From: Octopus sinensis
Lineage: Eukaryota
DNA length: 64,000 bases
Assembly (NCBI RefSeq): GCF_006345805.1
Contig: NC_043011.1
Span: forward strand, 4,154,001 to 4,218,000
Reading direction: 5' to 3'
Shown: one piece after another, positions 1 through 12,416 of the stretch
Layout: every line of letters begins with the position of its first letter
How positions within the stretch are numbered: the first letter of the stretch is position 1
Position numbers and translations under genes: made by a program
The notes under the pieces: generated by a model
What the model was told of the DNA's origin: nothing
The model's database searches: none
Seen by the model: only the letters and a program-made list of their open reading frames with translations

Positions 1-371
1 AGTGAGCGTTTTCTTTTGCTTTGGATCGACCAGTCTCATGGTCAAAGAGCAACTGTTCTCTGCATGTTGATCAGTGTGTGAAGGTAGACTCTATCTGCAC
101 ACATTCCTTCTATTCTGTCTTTCTCACTAACACGCATAGAGATGAAACTGCTATCTATCGTACAGAATGGACTGGAGATCTATCAACAATTGGTGCACAC
201 ACCAAAACCTCAACAAAGTTGTACCTATTTTATATATTGTAATGACTAATATTATAAGCATATCTATATTAAATGGCCACATTAATAATGAAATAATATT
301 TCTCATTCATTCATTTCTGATCTGCATTCATAAGATAAAATTTCCTAGTTATATTTCTTTATTTTTTATAT

Positions 372-740
372 ATCAGTTTCAGTCATTAAACTGTGGCCAT
401 GCTGGGGCATTGCCTTGAAAAAATTTTAGTCAAATGTATCGATCTCAGTACTTATTTTTTTTAAAAGCCCAGTACTTATTCTATTGGTCTCTTTTACTGA
501 ACTGCTATGTTACATGGACTTGTACACACCAGTACTGGTTGTCGAGTAGTAGTGAGGAATAGCAGACACAAAACACACATGCACACATACGATAGGCTTC
601 TTTCAGTTTCCGTCTACCAAATCTATTCACAAGGCCTTGGTCAGCCTGAAGCCATAGTAGAAGACACTTGCCCAAGGTGCCATGCAGGACTGAACCTTGA
701 TGTGGGGAAGGAAGCTTCAAATAAAACAGCCATGCCTGTA
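372..740 (-). mobile_element. tRNA-derived SINE, family A (diverged copy)
   Basis: Reverse complement matches the full copies at 11582 and 60191 (accttgggcaagtgtcttc core; ggccacagt..tgactgaaac tail). Confidence 0.75.
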
Positions 741-871
741 TGTATGTATGTATGTATATGTATATACATATGCAGCCATGCCTATGTGTAAGTATATATT
801 TATATATATATATATATATATCTATACATACATACATACATGTACATACATACATATACATACATACATAC

Positions 872-923
<52 letters not shown>

Positions 924-960
924 TTGTATATGCATGTACGTGTGTTTGTGTGTAAGAAAA
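740..960. repeat. (TA)n/(TATG)n/(CA)n compound microsatellite
   Basis: Directly visible; source of the YI-repeat ORFs. Confidence 0.95.
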
Positions 961-1093
961 TTCTTGAATCAAAGATCAAGGAGACCAGAAATACAAGAAG
1001 ATTCTTTATGAGCTAAATATAACTGGAGCAAAATTATATATTATTATTTTATAGAATTGATGTATTATCAAAGAATCTTCACTTTTGCCCATT

Positions 1094-1124
<31 letters not shown>

Positions 1125-1287
1125 TCACACATACACACACACACACTCACACACACAGACACACACACACACACATTGACAGCTTCAGTCTTAATCCATT
1201 CATTCATTTTTGACTTGAGGAAAAATCTCTGTTTGTACAAGTATTCCACCTTAAATTTTTTCGTTATTTCCTCCTCCATTGTTCTAA

Positions 1288-1811
1288 ATCATCATCATCA
1301 TCATCATCATCATCGTTTAGCGTCCGCTTTCCATGCTAGCACGGGTTGGACGGTTCGACCGGGGATCTGGGAAGCCAGAAGGCTGCACCAGGCTCCAGTC
1401 TTATCTGGCAATGTTTCTACAGCTGGATGCCCTTCCTAACACCAACCACTCCGTGAGTGTAGTGGGTGCTTTTTATGTGCCACCCGCACGGGTGCCAGGC
1501 GAGGCTGGCAACGGCCACGGTCAGATTGGTGCATTTTACATGCCACCGGCACGGAAGCCAGTCGAGGCGGCGCTGGCATCGGCCACGATTCGGATAGTGC
1601 TTTTTACCTACCACCAGTCCAGGGGTCCTGGCATCTGCCGGGTGCCAGTCATAGGATTGGTTCAATTTCAATTCTGATTCCGATTTCACTTGCCCCAACA
1701 TGTCTTCGCAAGCAAAGGCGGTTGTCATGGGTGCCTGTCGTCGGATGAGGTTCGATATCGACTTCGCTTGCCTCAACAGGTCTTTGTGTCCAAGGGAGGA
1801 AAGGCATGCAT
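1288..1811 (-). mobile_element. Family B (RTE 3'-UTR-like, (GAT)n tail) with hairpin units and extra upstream module
   Basis: (ATC)n then cgtttagcgtccgctttccatgctagc..ggatgcccttcctaac..gtgccacc units; matches 10329-10804 in reverse. Confidence 0.8.
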
Positions 1812-1812
1812 A

Positions 1813-2047
1813 TATTTCTTTATTGCCCACAAGGGGCTAAACATAGAGAGGACAAACAAGGACAGACAAAGGAATTAAATCGATTACATCGACTCCAGTG
1901 CGAAACTGGTACTTTTATTTATCGACCCCGAAAGGATGAAAGGCAAAGTCGACCTCGGCGGAATTTGAACTCAGAATGTAACAACAGACGAAATACCGCT
2001 AAGCATTTCGCCCGGCGCGGTAACGTGTCTGCCAGCTCGCCGCCTTA
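1813..2047 (-). mobile_element. tRNA-derived SINE, family C
   Basis: Reverse reads aaggcggcgagctggcagacacgttacc..gagttcaaattccgccgaggtcgactttgcctttcatcctttcggggtcgataaa; Pol III A/B-box-like head. Confidence 0.85.
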
Positions 2048-2055
2048 TATGTATA

Positions 2056-2830
2056 CAGTGTATCCCCGCTTATTTGCAGTTCAGCATTCACGGCCCCGCT
2101 TATACCCAGAACTAATAATTGTTTGCGGAAACCACCGCATATTTGTGGAATCGTAAATATTCTCTGCAATTCTTTATGGCTTTTCTGTGGCAATATATAC
2201 TTTTACAAGCTTTTTAAGGCTAAATTATCAATAATAATAATATACTGTATTTGCTGGTTTTCTGGATGCCCCTTCGTATAGAATAGCCACGTATCACGTC
2301 TCGCTTGATTTTTTGTTAGATATAAGTACACTGTATCTTGTATCTCTTATTCCTGCTTTCAATCAAAGCTTCTCACCTAAAGATATTCAGCACGAGGCTG
2401 TCAACAGTGCAGTGAAACTGGCGAAGGTACTTGGTGACGAAGGTTTTGACAACATCAAGCAAGATGTGGTCAATGACCTCATCGATGCCCACTCTGAAAC
2501 CCTGACAGACGAAGATTTATTGGAGTTAAAAAAGTCTGCCAGTGAAGAGGAGGAGGAAGCATTAGATCCAGAGGAAGTCGAGGATGAGGTAGGCTTGGCA
2601 ATTGAAAGTTTGTCCAACCTTTTAAGGACAGCAAAGGAATTGCAAGGGAAGGTGGAGGCATGGGATCCCCATATGGTTCAGTCTCTCCAATTTAAAAATG
2701 CTATCGATGCTGCCATGCAGACATAGAAAACTCTCCTAACTTCCAAAAAGAAGCGACAGAAAATTCCCATCACAATGTTCCTCAAGCCCACCAAGAAAGC
2801 CTTGCATGAAGATACGACATCCCCTGAAAC
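2056..2830 (+). mobile_element. Tigger/pogo DNA transposon, internally deleted, with transposase C-terminal remnant (2313-2790)
   Basis: TA|CAGTGTATCCCCGCTTAT left end; peptide ..AVKLAKVLGDEGFDNIKQDVVNDLIDAHSETLTDEDLLEL..EAWDPHMVQSLQFK..KRQKIPITMFLK resembles Tigger/TIGD C-termini. Right TIR not found. Confidence 0.75.
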
Positions 2831-2929
2831 AGCTGAAGGAGAGGTGTCACCTGTTAAAATAATAGACAGAGAACACCACTTGAAAATGCCAAAACTAAGG
2901 GCTTATAAACCTAATACTACTATATATAT

Positions 2930-3366
2930 GTGTGATGGCAATCCCTCAAGGTCGGGGATGATGGTCTTCGCACAAATTTACTGGTGAGTCCGTAGGTGAC
3001 TGATAAGACCAATTCTTGCTTGAAAAGATCGGTCGCAGTGTGGACATCTAGTGCCGGAAGGGAGAGTCGCACATGGTCTGTTTTTTGCCGTTTCCTCCCA
3101 GTTAGTGAAGTCGATGTCACACTTTTTGAGGTTCGTTTTCAGGGAGTCCTTGTAGCGTTTCTTCTGGCCTCCTTTTGTACGCTTGCCGTCTTTGAGTTGG
3201 GAGTAGAAGATCTGTTTGGGAAGTTGTTCGTCAGTCATTCTAACCACGTGGCCGCTCCATCTTAGTTGGCCTTTGATGACATAGGCTTCGATGCTGGTCA
3301 TTTTTTCTTCTTGTAGCACACTGACGTTAGTTCTTCTGTCTTCCCAGCTGATGTTAAGGATCTTCC

Positions 3367-3370
<4 letters not shown>
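2930..3370 (-). mobile_element. RTE-clade LINE, 5'-truncated 3' end
   Basis: SRKILNISWEDRRTNVSVL..QLRWSGHVVRM..PKQIFYSQL..GGQKKRYKDSLK..CPHCDRSFQARIGLISHLRTH (terminal C2H2-like motif), with an apparent internal deletion. Confidence 0.85.
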
Positions 3371-3409
<39 letters not shown>

Positions 3410-3552
3410 TCAAAGTGTACAGTATTATATATCCATTAAGGGTGATCTTACCAATCGGTTTCATACTAGGGGTTCAACAGGGTGTTAGGTAATTGTCTAA
3501 TAATGTAACCCTGTGCTCATCAGAGTAGCCATTATGGAATGAAATATGGCTT

Positions 3553-3791
3553 GTGTGTGTGTGTGTGTGTGTGTATGTCTATGTGTGTGTTTGTCACCCA
3601 TCACTACTTTATAACTGGTGTTGGTGTGTTTACATTCCTGTAAATTAGCAGTTCAGCAAAAAGAGAACAACAGAGTCAGTACTGAGGCTAAAAGAAGAAA
3701 TACTGGCATCAATTCATTTGACTGAGGATTCTTCAAGATGGTGTCCCATTATGGCTGCAGTCTAATGATTGAAACAAGTAAAAAATAAAAG
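3553..3791 (+). mobile_element. Family A SINE, 3' half, diverged
   Basis: (TG)n then gtgttggtgtgtttacattcc..atggctgcagtctaatgattgaaacaagtaaaa. Confidence 0.55.
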
Positions 3792-4429
3792 TTCATACTA
3801 AAGTCTTGGCTGCTAAGAATGCTTCTTCCATTCTCACATAATTTTTATCTCATGCGGCTTTTGATCTTTGGTTTTCTTAATTTTGTTCCACACATTTCTG
3901 TTTTCCCATTTTCTTTTCCAAATCTTTCAACTGTCTTTTTTACTATTTTTCACATTCTCTTGAACATATGATGATAATGCTAACGATGCTGATGATTACC
4001 ATCATCATCATCAGCAGCAGCAGTGGTGTCATCCATTCCCATGGTAGCAACAAGTGTTGCAGCATTGTAGACAAAGCAGTGGCAGCAGTGTTGTAGATGG
4101 TGTCTCATCATTGCAATCATAATTATATCTGTCTTCTCTACATATTTCTCATTGTCTCTTTTCTTCATCACCTCTTCGTTCTCACTTTCTCTCACATCTC
4201 CCTGAATTGTTGCACTTTCATGAATGAGTGGAAATCTCCTTTCTAAATAATAAAATAAGCAACAACAGTCATTAGTTTTCCAGTATATCAGTGTTCAGGT
4301 ATGTATAGGATATTACAATAGAAAGAAGAGGTTGTGTTTAAGCGTACATTACTCAAAACATTTTTGCTATGCAATGAATAGTTTTGAAAAATTCAAAGTA
4401 CACAAATTCAGATAAACATAGACATTTAG

Positions 4430-4800
4430 CATGTCTTCACATTCTCAAATTCTTTCTTGTACAACTTTTCTAGATCTTGTTGGATTCTCTTTCTATCATC
4501 GTCTCTGGTTATTTTCCCAGTTAATGAAGATAACCTGTCTCTGATTTCGTTATTTAGTTGAGATTTTTTTCCAACGGTTATATTGGATCCTCTCATGGAC
4601 GAGGGTGTGCCCTGCTCTTTCTGATATTCTTTGAGCTTTATTTGAATCCACTGGTGTCATTGCATTCAAGCTAGGGGATATTAGCTTTGAGTCTCTACAT
4701 CTACACAGGAAGGTAAGATGGTTTGAAAGACAGGCTAGTTTCTGATGGAGTTTCTCTGTATGTCTCCATTGAAGTCTAATGACGGCTCCGTACTGATTAG
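4430..4800 (-). mobile_element. Penelope-like element, N-terminal ORF remnant
   Basis: Hand translation NQYGAVIRLQWRHTEKLHQKLACLSNHLTFLCRCRDSKLISPSL..ERAGHTLVHERIQ, then after a frameshift LNNEIRDRL..EKLYKKEFENVKT; resembles the NHLxFLxRC..LIP..ERI pattern of PLE N-termini (recognition from memory). Confidence 0.55.
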
Positions 4801-4968
4801 ATGATACTGTTCTATATTTTTGAGATGAGGAATTCTGTACATTATTTACATTATTTACATTGGATGGATATATATATGGAAATAGCTAAAAAACTTTTTG
4901 GCTGCTATTTCTAAAAATTTCAGTATGTGGCAAAGTAATTTATTTTACTAAGCCCTAATTATATAACG

Positions 4969-5008
<40 letters not shown>

Positions 5009-5643
5009 CAATATTATTATAAGTAGAGGTCAGAACTGGCAGAGTAACAGTTGCATAATTTGTGGTATTTAGCCTTGTCCTTTTATCTTCTGAGTTCATC
5101 CCTTCCACCTCGGAGTCAGCAGGTTCAACAACTCCATCTCCATTCTGAAGCAGTTCCATAGTTACCTCAGCTTGCTTCCTACCTTCTTGTTCTTCCGATG
5201 ATGGACAGCTGTGGTGACCTCTTCCTCATCTGCCACCTGCAGGTGATCCACCAAATGGTTCTCCTGGGTGAAGTCAAAGTGGTCAAACAGATGGCTGGGT
5301 GGATACACTAAACTAAGGAAGATAAAGATGACAAACATTGTGTAGCTGTATGCAATGAACTGTTAAGCAGGTGGAAACTTTATCCAAATTCCTTGGGATG
5401 GTGTAGAAGAATTTTGATAAAATTATTGGTCAAGTAATTGTATATTTCCCATTCTTCAAATTTCAGGCCTAGTGCCTATATCAGAAACTACTACTACTAC
5501 GACACAATTATTGACTTATGAAGCCTTTAATATACTTGGTAGTACATTATGGTTACATAACAAAATACAGTGTCTCTACAAGTAATTATATATACCATCA
5601 TGAACAGTACATTTTATATATAGATATATATACATATGTATAT

Positions 5644-5882
5644 ATCATCATCATCATCATGTAACGTCTGCTTTCCATGCTAGGATGGGCTGGACAGTTT
5701 GACTGAGGTCTGCTAAGCCTGGAGGCTGCATCAGGCTCCAATCTAATCTGGCAAGGTTTCTACAGCTGGATGCCCTCCCTAATGCCAACCACCTCGAGAC
5801 TGTAGTGGGTGCTTTTTCTGTGCCACCAGCACAGGGGCCAGTCAGGCGGCACTGGGATTGACCATGCTCAAATGGTGCTTTT
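5644..5882 (-). mobile_element. Family B copy
   Basis: (ATC)n..tttccatgctagg..ggatgccctccctaatgccaacc..gtgccaccagcac. Confidence 0.75.
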
Positions 5883-5934
5883 ATATATATATATATATAT
5901 ATATATTAGTTTCCAAATTCTCCTTTATTATAAA

Positions 5935-8314
5935 CTAGCAGAATTGCCCACCGATGCTCGGGGCTGAATTGCTTGAAAGTACTGTTAATGATTGCACTGA
6001 ATTATGATGATTATTCAGGCAAATATTGATATAAGTTTATGGCGAATTAATGTATTTGTAAGTGTATAGAAAGCCGTGTAAAGGGGTTCCTACCCCCTCG
6101 TAGAATGGTGTAAGAATTGAATGCAAGGTTGCCTTGAAAAGAGCCATGTTATTGTTCTCATAATTGTAAGAATTTGATAGTCATGGAAGTCGATGTAAAA
6201 CGTTCGCAGGTGAATAGCGTCTCTTCGTTTTTCACGAACGGCAGCGGATGTGCTGTTACAAAACTTCATACTGTGTTAAAAGAGAATGGATGCCCTATGT
6301 AGGCAAGAGGGGAATGAAGTAAATATGGGTAAATTATAAAATATAGAACAATAGCATCTACTCACCATATGTCAGACCGGCAAGACTGTAGTGGTGCTGA
6401 TTAGATGAATCACAACACAGTGGTGGAAATGTTTTCATTGATGGGCATTATGATTAAATTTGTTGTTTTATAAAATGATCTGTTGCTTAGTTTCCAAAGT
6501 GTATGTTGCGATCGTGTTGTCGCTTATGTAAACTTTAACAGTGAGAGTGTAGATGTAGGTGGTAGATGTGTCATGTACGTTGGATATAGAAGATGAGGCT
6601 GGTGGTTTGATGATGAATGGATAGAAATAGAGGTGAGCGAAGGACAGGTGTTGGTTAAGTGTGAATTAATGTCATGAAACGCCTAAAAATGTAAATGCCA
6701 TCATAAAAGAGAGTCGTATGTAAGTGAAATACTAACGTGTTCAAAAATGATGAAACGTAGTAATCCTATAAAACCTCCTTGTACACAATGTTTTTTGTTT
6801 TTCGTTGTGGAACGAATGCGAAAGCATCACTGTTGCTGCCGACACGCGAGCAGCCAACATAAAGCTGACCATGAGAGGAACATGGCTCTCCTAAATGTAT
6901 TCCCGCCACAGACAGTGTTTGACCCTGCGCTTTGTTAATTGACATTGCGAAACATGGCCTTACTGGGAACTGGGACCTCCGAAATATGAAAGGTAGGTCT
7001 GTTCCTGATGGGAAAAGATGCATCCTAGGTATGAGCACAACGTTGCCTCGACCGCACCCTGTGATAATGGTGGCCTCAATCAGATTGGGAGATAAGGACT
7101 TTACGATCAAATGTGTGCCCTTGCATTGTTTTGGGGGAACCAAATTTCTAATGAGCATTATAGGGGCACCAGCTTTAAGTTTGAGAATGTGTGGTGGTAG
7201 TCCGGGGTGCTCGGGAACACTGCATCTCTGAGATCAGAAGGCATTTTAACAATGGTACAAATGGAATCGATAGCAATATTACCATTTTCATCCCCTGGTA
7301 TTTTGCCTTCGCCAAGTGCAAAGAGGGTGTGAGAAAATGCTGCTGATGTGATATTACGTCGCATATGAACACGCATATTGGTGTGAAGTTTGAGAGTCTT
7401 CACCAGTGGCCACAATGTGGATGACTTAAGACATGCACTTACTGCATCAGCTCTAGTCCCTTTGGGAATAACGGGAAGTGTTTGTCGGAAGTCCCCTGAA
7501 AGAAGAAGTGTTATGCCTCCCATGGGAGCTCAAGAGTGTTTGATGTCTCTGAGAGATCTATCTAGTGCCTCAAGAGCACGTCTGTGGGCCATCATGCATT
7601 CATCCCAAACGATAAGCTTGCATCGTCTGAAGACTTCTGCCTGATCGGAGCTGTTACTGATGTTGCAAGTTGGTGTCTCAGTCTTCGCTAAGTGAAGCGG
7701 AAGCTTGAAAGTGGAGTGAGCTGTCCTGCCACCTGGCAACAAAGTAGCTGCAATTCCAAATGATGCCACAGCTAGGGCAATGCCTTGTGTTCGTCTAATC
7801 TCAGCCAATATTAATTTGTTGACAAAAGTTTTCCCAGTGCCCCCAGGAGTGTCCAGGAAAAAAATCCTCCCAAAGGCATTTTAACAAAAATGCTTCCGTA
7901 AAGACGGTGAAAATATTGTCAATTTCCCCAAACAGGGACACAATTCAATTTTGAAACAATAACCAAAGCCCCTACTCCGAAAGGGGAAGGGTTACGGTTT
8001 ACAATTATTTAACAAATGCAACACAACAACGTTTCCCTGGCGAAGAACCAACAAACGTGATTACAATAGTCAAACAGTAATAATAATAACAACAAACCTT
8101 TTTAATTTATCCCCATTTATGTGAAACCACTTATTCAAGTTCAAGTCATTGATGCAATTTTATACGAATTGCTAATACACACACACATAATAAGGGTGAA
8201 AAATTGAATATTAATTTGATTAATATGAATTGAAAACCAGTGGTGTAGCATATAAGACCATAGCGGATCTTCCTCTAGCAAAAACGATGACCACTATTAA
8301 TGGCTCATCCCTGT

Positions 8315-8345
<31 letters not shown>

Positions 8346-8415
8346 ACACACACACACACACACAACACACACACACTCACACACACACACACACACCACA
8401 CACACACACACACTC

Positions 8416-8449
<34 letters not shown>

Positions 8450-9060
8450 CTTAGCTTACAATTTTCTTTCAACAATTGACACTGTCATATATGTATATGT
8501 TTGCGTGTCTATGTGTGTAAAGAGGAAGTGGGAGTAATAGGCGGAGTGAAGCCTTTGAAGTGAGAGAGGGAAATCGTAAAATATTGAGTTTTCTTGAATT
8601 TTTGCTTAATTGGGGGTTAAATTGAAAGAAATTTATATGTGATGACCAAATGGAATGTACTTGGAAAAATCCTAGGTAAACTCTAATTGAAGAAATTGTG
8701 TGAGGAGTAAATCGTTATGTATTTATTTGTTTCTGTTTGCTCTGTATTTTTTTTTAGTAGTGGTTTAAGGTACACTTGCAAAGAGAAAGTAGGAGTAATT
8801 ATGGTAATAGCATGAGTGAAGCAGTTGAAATTAGAGAGGGAAATCGTAAAATATTTACTTTTCTCGAATTTTTGCTTAATTGGGGGTCAAATAGAAGAAA
8901 CTTTACATGCCATGACCCAATGGAATCTACTTGTAAAAATCGTAGGTAAATTCCAATTGAAGAAATTCTATATTGTACAATTGTATAAAAAACGAACGGT
9001 TCGGGAGGCAGAGAAAATCTGCCTTTTATCATAAAAGATTCCATTCTCCTTTATTATAGA
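5935..9060 (-). mobile_element. Helitron, internally deleted (no Rep domain seen)
   Basis: Minus-strand 5' end A|TCTATAATAAAGGAGAATGG at 9060; 3' end cccgagcatcggtggg hairpin + aattctgCTAG|T at 5935; PIF1 helicase remnant inside. Confidence 0.85.
6766..7925 (-). pseudogene. Helitron PIF1-family helicase, frameshifted remnant
   Basis: Motifs DTPGGTGKT, VASFGIAATLLPGGRTAHSTFKLP, IVWDEC, GDFRQTLPV, QFPVRPCFAMSINKAQGQTL, HGQLYVGCSRV across ORFs 7530-7808, 7158-7523, 6766-7158. Confidence 0.92.
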
Positions 9061-9086
9061 TTCTATATATATATATATATATATAT

Positions 9087-9117
<31 letters not shown>

Positions 9118-9137
9118 TTTATTTATAGAGAGAGAGA

Positions 9138-9570
9138 GGCAGGTGTCGTTGTGTGGTAAGAAGCTTGCTTTCAAAACACATGGTTCCGGGTTCAATCCCA
9201 CTCTGTGGTACCTTGGGGAACTGTTTTCTGCTCTAGCCTCGGGCCAACCAAAGGCCTGCGAGTGGATTTGGTAGATAGAAACTGATATAAGCCCGTCATA
9301 TATTTGATGATATATGTAGATATGTACATATTGATGTGTGCGTCTTTGTTTCTGTGTTTGTCCCCAGCCCCATCACCACCTGAAGACTGGTGTTGGTGTG
9401 TTTATGTCCCTGTAACTTAACAGTTTGGCAAAAGAGACTGATAGTATAAGCACTAGGCTTAAAAATAAGTCCAGGGGTTGATTTGTTTGACTAAAACGCT
9501 TCAAGGTGGTGCTCCAGCATGGCTGCTGTCAACTGACTAAAACAAGTAAAAAAATAAAAGAGTAAAAGTA
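9138..9570 (+). mobile_element. Family A SINE, full length
   Basis: gtgtggtaag..gggttcaatccc head, internal TA/TG tract, gactaaaacaagtaaaa tail. Confidence 0.85.
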
Positions 9571-9626
9571 ATATATATATATATATATATACACACACAT
9601 ACATATATATATATATATGCACATAC

Positions 9627-9666
<40 letters not shown>

Positions 9667-9713
9667 ATACATATATATATGTGTGTGTATATATATATAT
9701 ATGTGTGTATATA

Positions 9714-9780
<67 letters not shown>

Positions 9781-10328
9781 ATATATATATATTTATATTT
9801 GACCTCAATTTTTGTATATATCAGATGACATTGCCCATTGTATCTTTAAATGACTTAAAAATGAAATATGAAAGGGAAATAGAAGTAATTGAAGCAGGTT
9901 TTTAGACATTATATTTCTTATAAATAAATAATAAACTAAAAAAAAAAAAAAACTAAAATGTTTAATAAATGTTAAAGATTTATAAGAAATGCCAAATGTC
10001 ATGAAACAGTGAAATGTGAAAGTGCTTTGGCTGCAATGAAAAATCACAACACAGTTTACATACAGTTTTATCTCTAGAATTGCTATTTGTAACACACTAT
10101 TAATTATGGTTGTAATGATGCGCTTAACCTATGGTTGTAATGATACAAATCAGTGAGTCTAATGACAAAGGTTGGCTCAATGTTGAATGTATTGAAACAG
10201 CGAAGAAATAATTGTAATGACACAGTTTAACGGTGGTGGTAATTATCACAGCTCAATATTGTTTTTAATGATACAGAGTCAAGTACATGAACATGAACAT
10301 CGAAATAAATATCAATGGAAATAGTAGT

Positions 10329-10804
10329 TGTGATACCTGTGCCGGTGGCACATAAAAAGCACCATCCAAACGTGGCCGATGCCAGCGCCACCCTGACTGG
10401 CTTCTGTGCCGGTGGCACATAAAAAGCACCATCCGAACGTGGCCGTTGCTAGCACCGCCCCGACTGGCTTCTGTGCTGGTGGCACATAAAAAGCACCATC
10501 CGAACGTGGCTGTTGCCAGCGCTGCCTTGGCTGGCTTCCGTGCCGGTGGCACGTTAAAAGCTCCAACCGATCGTGGCCGATGCCGGACCCCCCTGGCACC
10601 TGTGCAAGTGGCACGTAAAAAGCACCCACTACACTTGCGAAGTGGTTGGCGTTAGGAAGGGCATCCAGCTGTAGAAACTCTGCCAGATCAGACTGGAGCC
10701 TGGTGCAGCCCCTGGCTTCCCAGACCCTGGTCAAACCGTCCAACCCGTGCTAGCGGGGAATACGGACGTTAAACAATGATGATGATGATGATGATGATGA
10801 TGAG
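10329..10804 (+). mobile_element. Family B copy with 67-bp tandem units
   Basis: Unit heads gtgccggtggcac at about 10339, 10406, 10473, 10540, 10602; ends ggacgttaaacaat(gat)n. Confidence 0.9.
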
Positions 10805-11266
10805 ATGTATGTTGACTGTAATGAGATGGGGGTAGGTGGTTGGAACAAGATTTCAGCGGTGGCTGTAATAACATAACACAGTTCAGATGAAATAGCTCAA
10901 TGTTGGTTATAATGACACAGATATGTTGTGGTTGTAATGGAACATTGTTTATAGTAATGACATCTTAGAAGGCTGCAAGGATGTGGTTTATTGAAATAAC
11001 TTAGTGTTGGCTACAAGAACACTACTCTATGATAGTTGTAATGACATAGTCTGTAAAGACTTCTACTCTTGCTGCAATGACAGTTCAGAAGTGCTTAAAA
11101 TTAAATACTACTGCACTGAGAAAATTAACCCAGTCTCCTGTGTCCTTGCTGTGTCATTTCAGTGCAACCAAATACAGCAGTAAACATTTTCGAGACATTT
11201 GGAGTTGAACAAACAAACATCTTGAGGGTATTCTCTTTAAGTTCAGCATCGTATATGTTTACAGGC

Positions 11267-11480
11267 GCAGGCAATAGCAAGTGTGGTTGAGAAATTTGCT
11301 TCATGACCATGAGGTTTCAGATTCAGTACTACTGTGTAGCACCTTGAGCAAGTGCCTTTTACTGTGGCCCCAGGCAGCCCAGTGCCTTGTGAGAGAATTT
11401 GGTAGACAGAAACTCAGTGGAAGCCTGTCTGTGTGTTTGCATATATGTGTGTGCATGTGTGTGTGTGTGTGTGTGTGTGT
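11267..11480 (+). mobile_element. Family A SINE, 5' half, diverged
   Basis: gtgtggttgagaaatttgc..gcaccttgagcaagtg..ggtagacagaaac..(TG)n. Confidence 0.65.
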
Positions 11481-11581
11481 ACATGAGTGTATGTGAGTAT
11501 ATATATATATATATTTTTAAGTTTCAGCACAGAGCTGCATCCATGCTGATGCACTACCTTTATGTATATATATATATAGAC

Positions 11582-11977
11582 GCAGGAGTGGCTGTGTGGT
11601 AAGTAGCTTGCTAACCAACCACATGGTTCCGGGTTCAGTCCCACTGTGTGGCATCGTGGGCAAGTGTCTTCTGCTATAGCCCCGGGCCGACCAATGCCTT
11701 GTGAGTGGATTTGGCAGACGGAAACTGAAAGAAGCCTGTCGTATATATGTATATGTGTGTGTGTTTGTGTGTCTGTGTTTGTCCCCCTAGCATTGCTTGA
11801 CAACCAATGCTGGTGTGTTTACGTCCCTGTCACTTAGCGGTTCGGCAAAAAGAGACCGACAGAATAAGTACTGGGCTTACAAAGAATAAATCCCGGGGTC
11901 GATTTGCTCGACTAAAGGCGGTGCTCCAGCATGGCCGCAGTCAAATGACTGAAACAAGTAAAAAGAGTAAAAAAGAG

Positions 11978-11979
<2 letters not shown>
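11582..11979 (+). mobile_element. Family A SINE, full length, near consensus
   Basis: gcaggagtggctgtgtggtaag (A-box-like), gggttcagtccc (B-box-like), gtaaaagagta tail; almost identical to 60191-60601. Confidence 0.9.
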
Positions 11980-12009
<30 letters not shown>

Positions 12010-12103
12010 ATACATATATATATATATACATATATATATACATATATATATATAATATTATATATATATATATAATATATATATATAATACATATATATA
12101 TAC

Positions 12104-12153
<50 letters not shown>

Positions 12154-12416
12154 TTTTATGTCTGTGTTTTTCTCACATCACTCGACAGTGTTAGTTCATT
12201 GACATCCCCATAACTTTGTGATTTAGTAAAAGAATCTGATCGAATAAGTACCGAGGAAAATTTATTTGACAAGACAGTGCTCTAGTATGGCTGCAGTTCA
12301 TTCAGTGATGTATATTTTTGAGGTATCAATGTAGTCGATACTTCAGTCTTATGGGCAAAACCATACTGTCTAGTTACTTACATTTTGCTATTTGAGGTGT
12401 TAATATAGTACAAGAT

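Noticed and set aside
2826-2840. gaaacagctgaag resembling the hammerhead catalytic strand
   Set aside because: No upstream CTGANGA or stems, and it lacks the TA cleavage site; it lies in Tigger sequence.
10339-10640. CRISPR-like look of regularly spaced hairpin repeats
   Set aside because: The spacers are themselves homologous, the array lies in a retroelement UTR, the context is eukaryotic and there are no cas genes.
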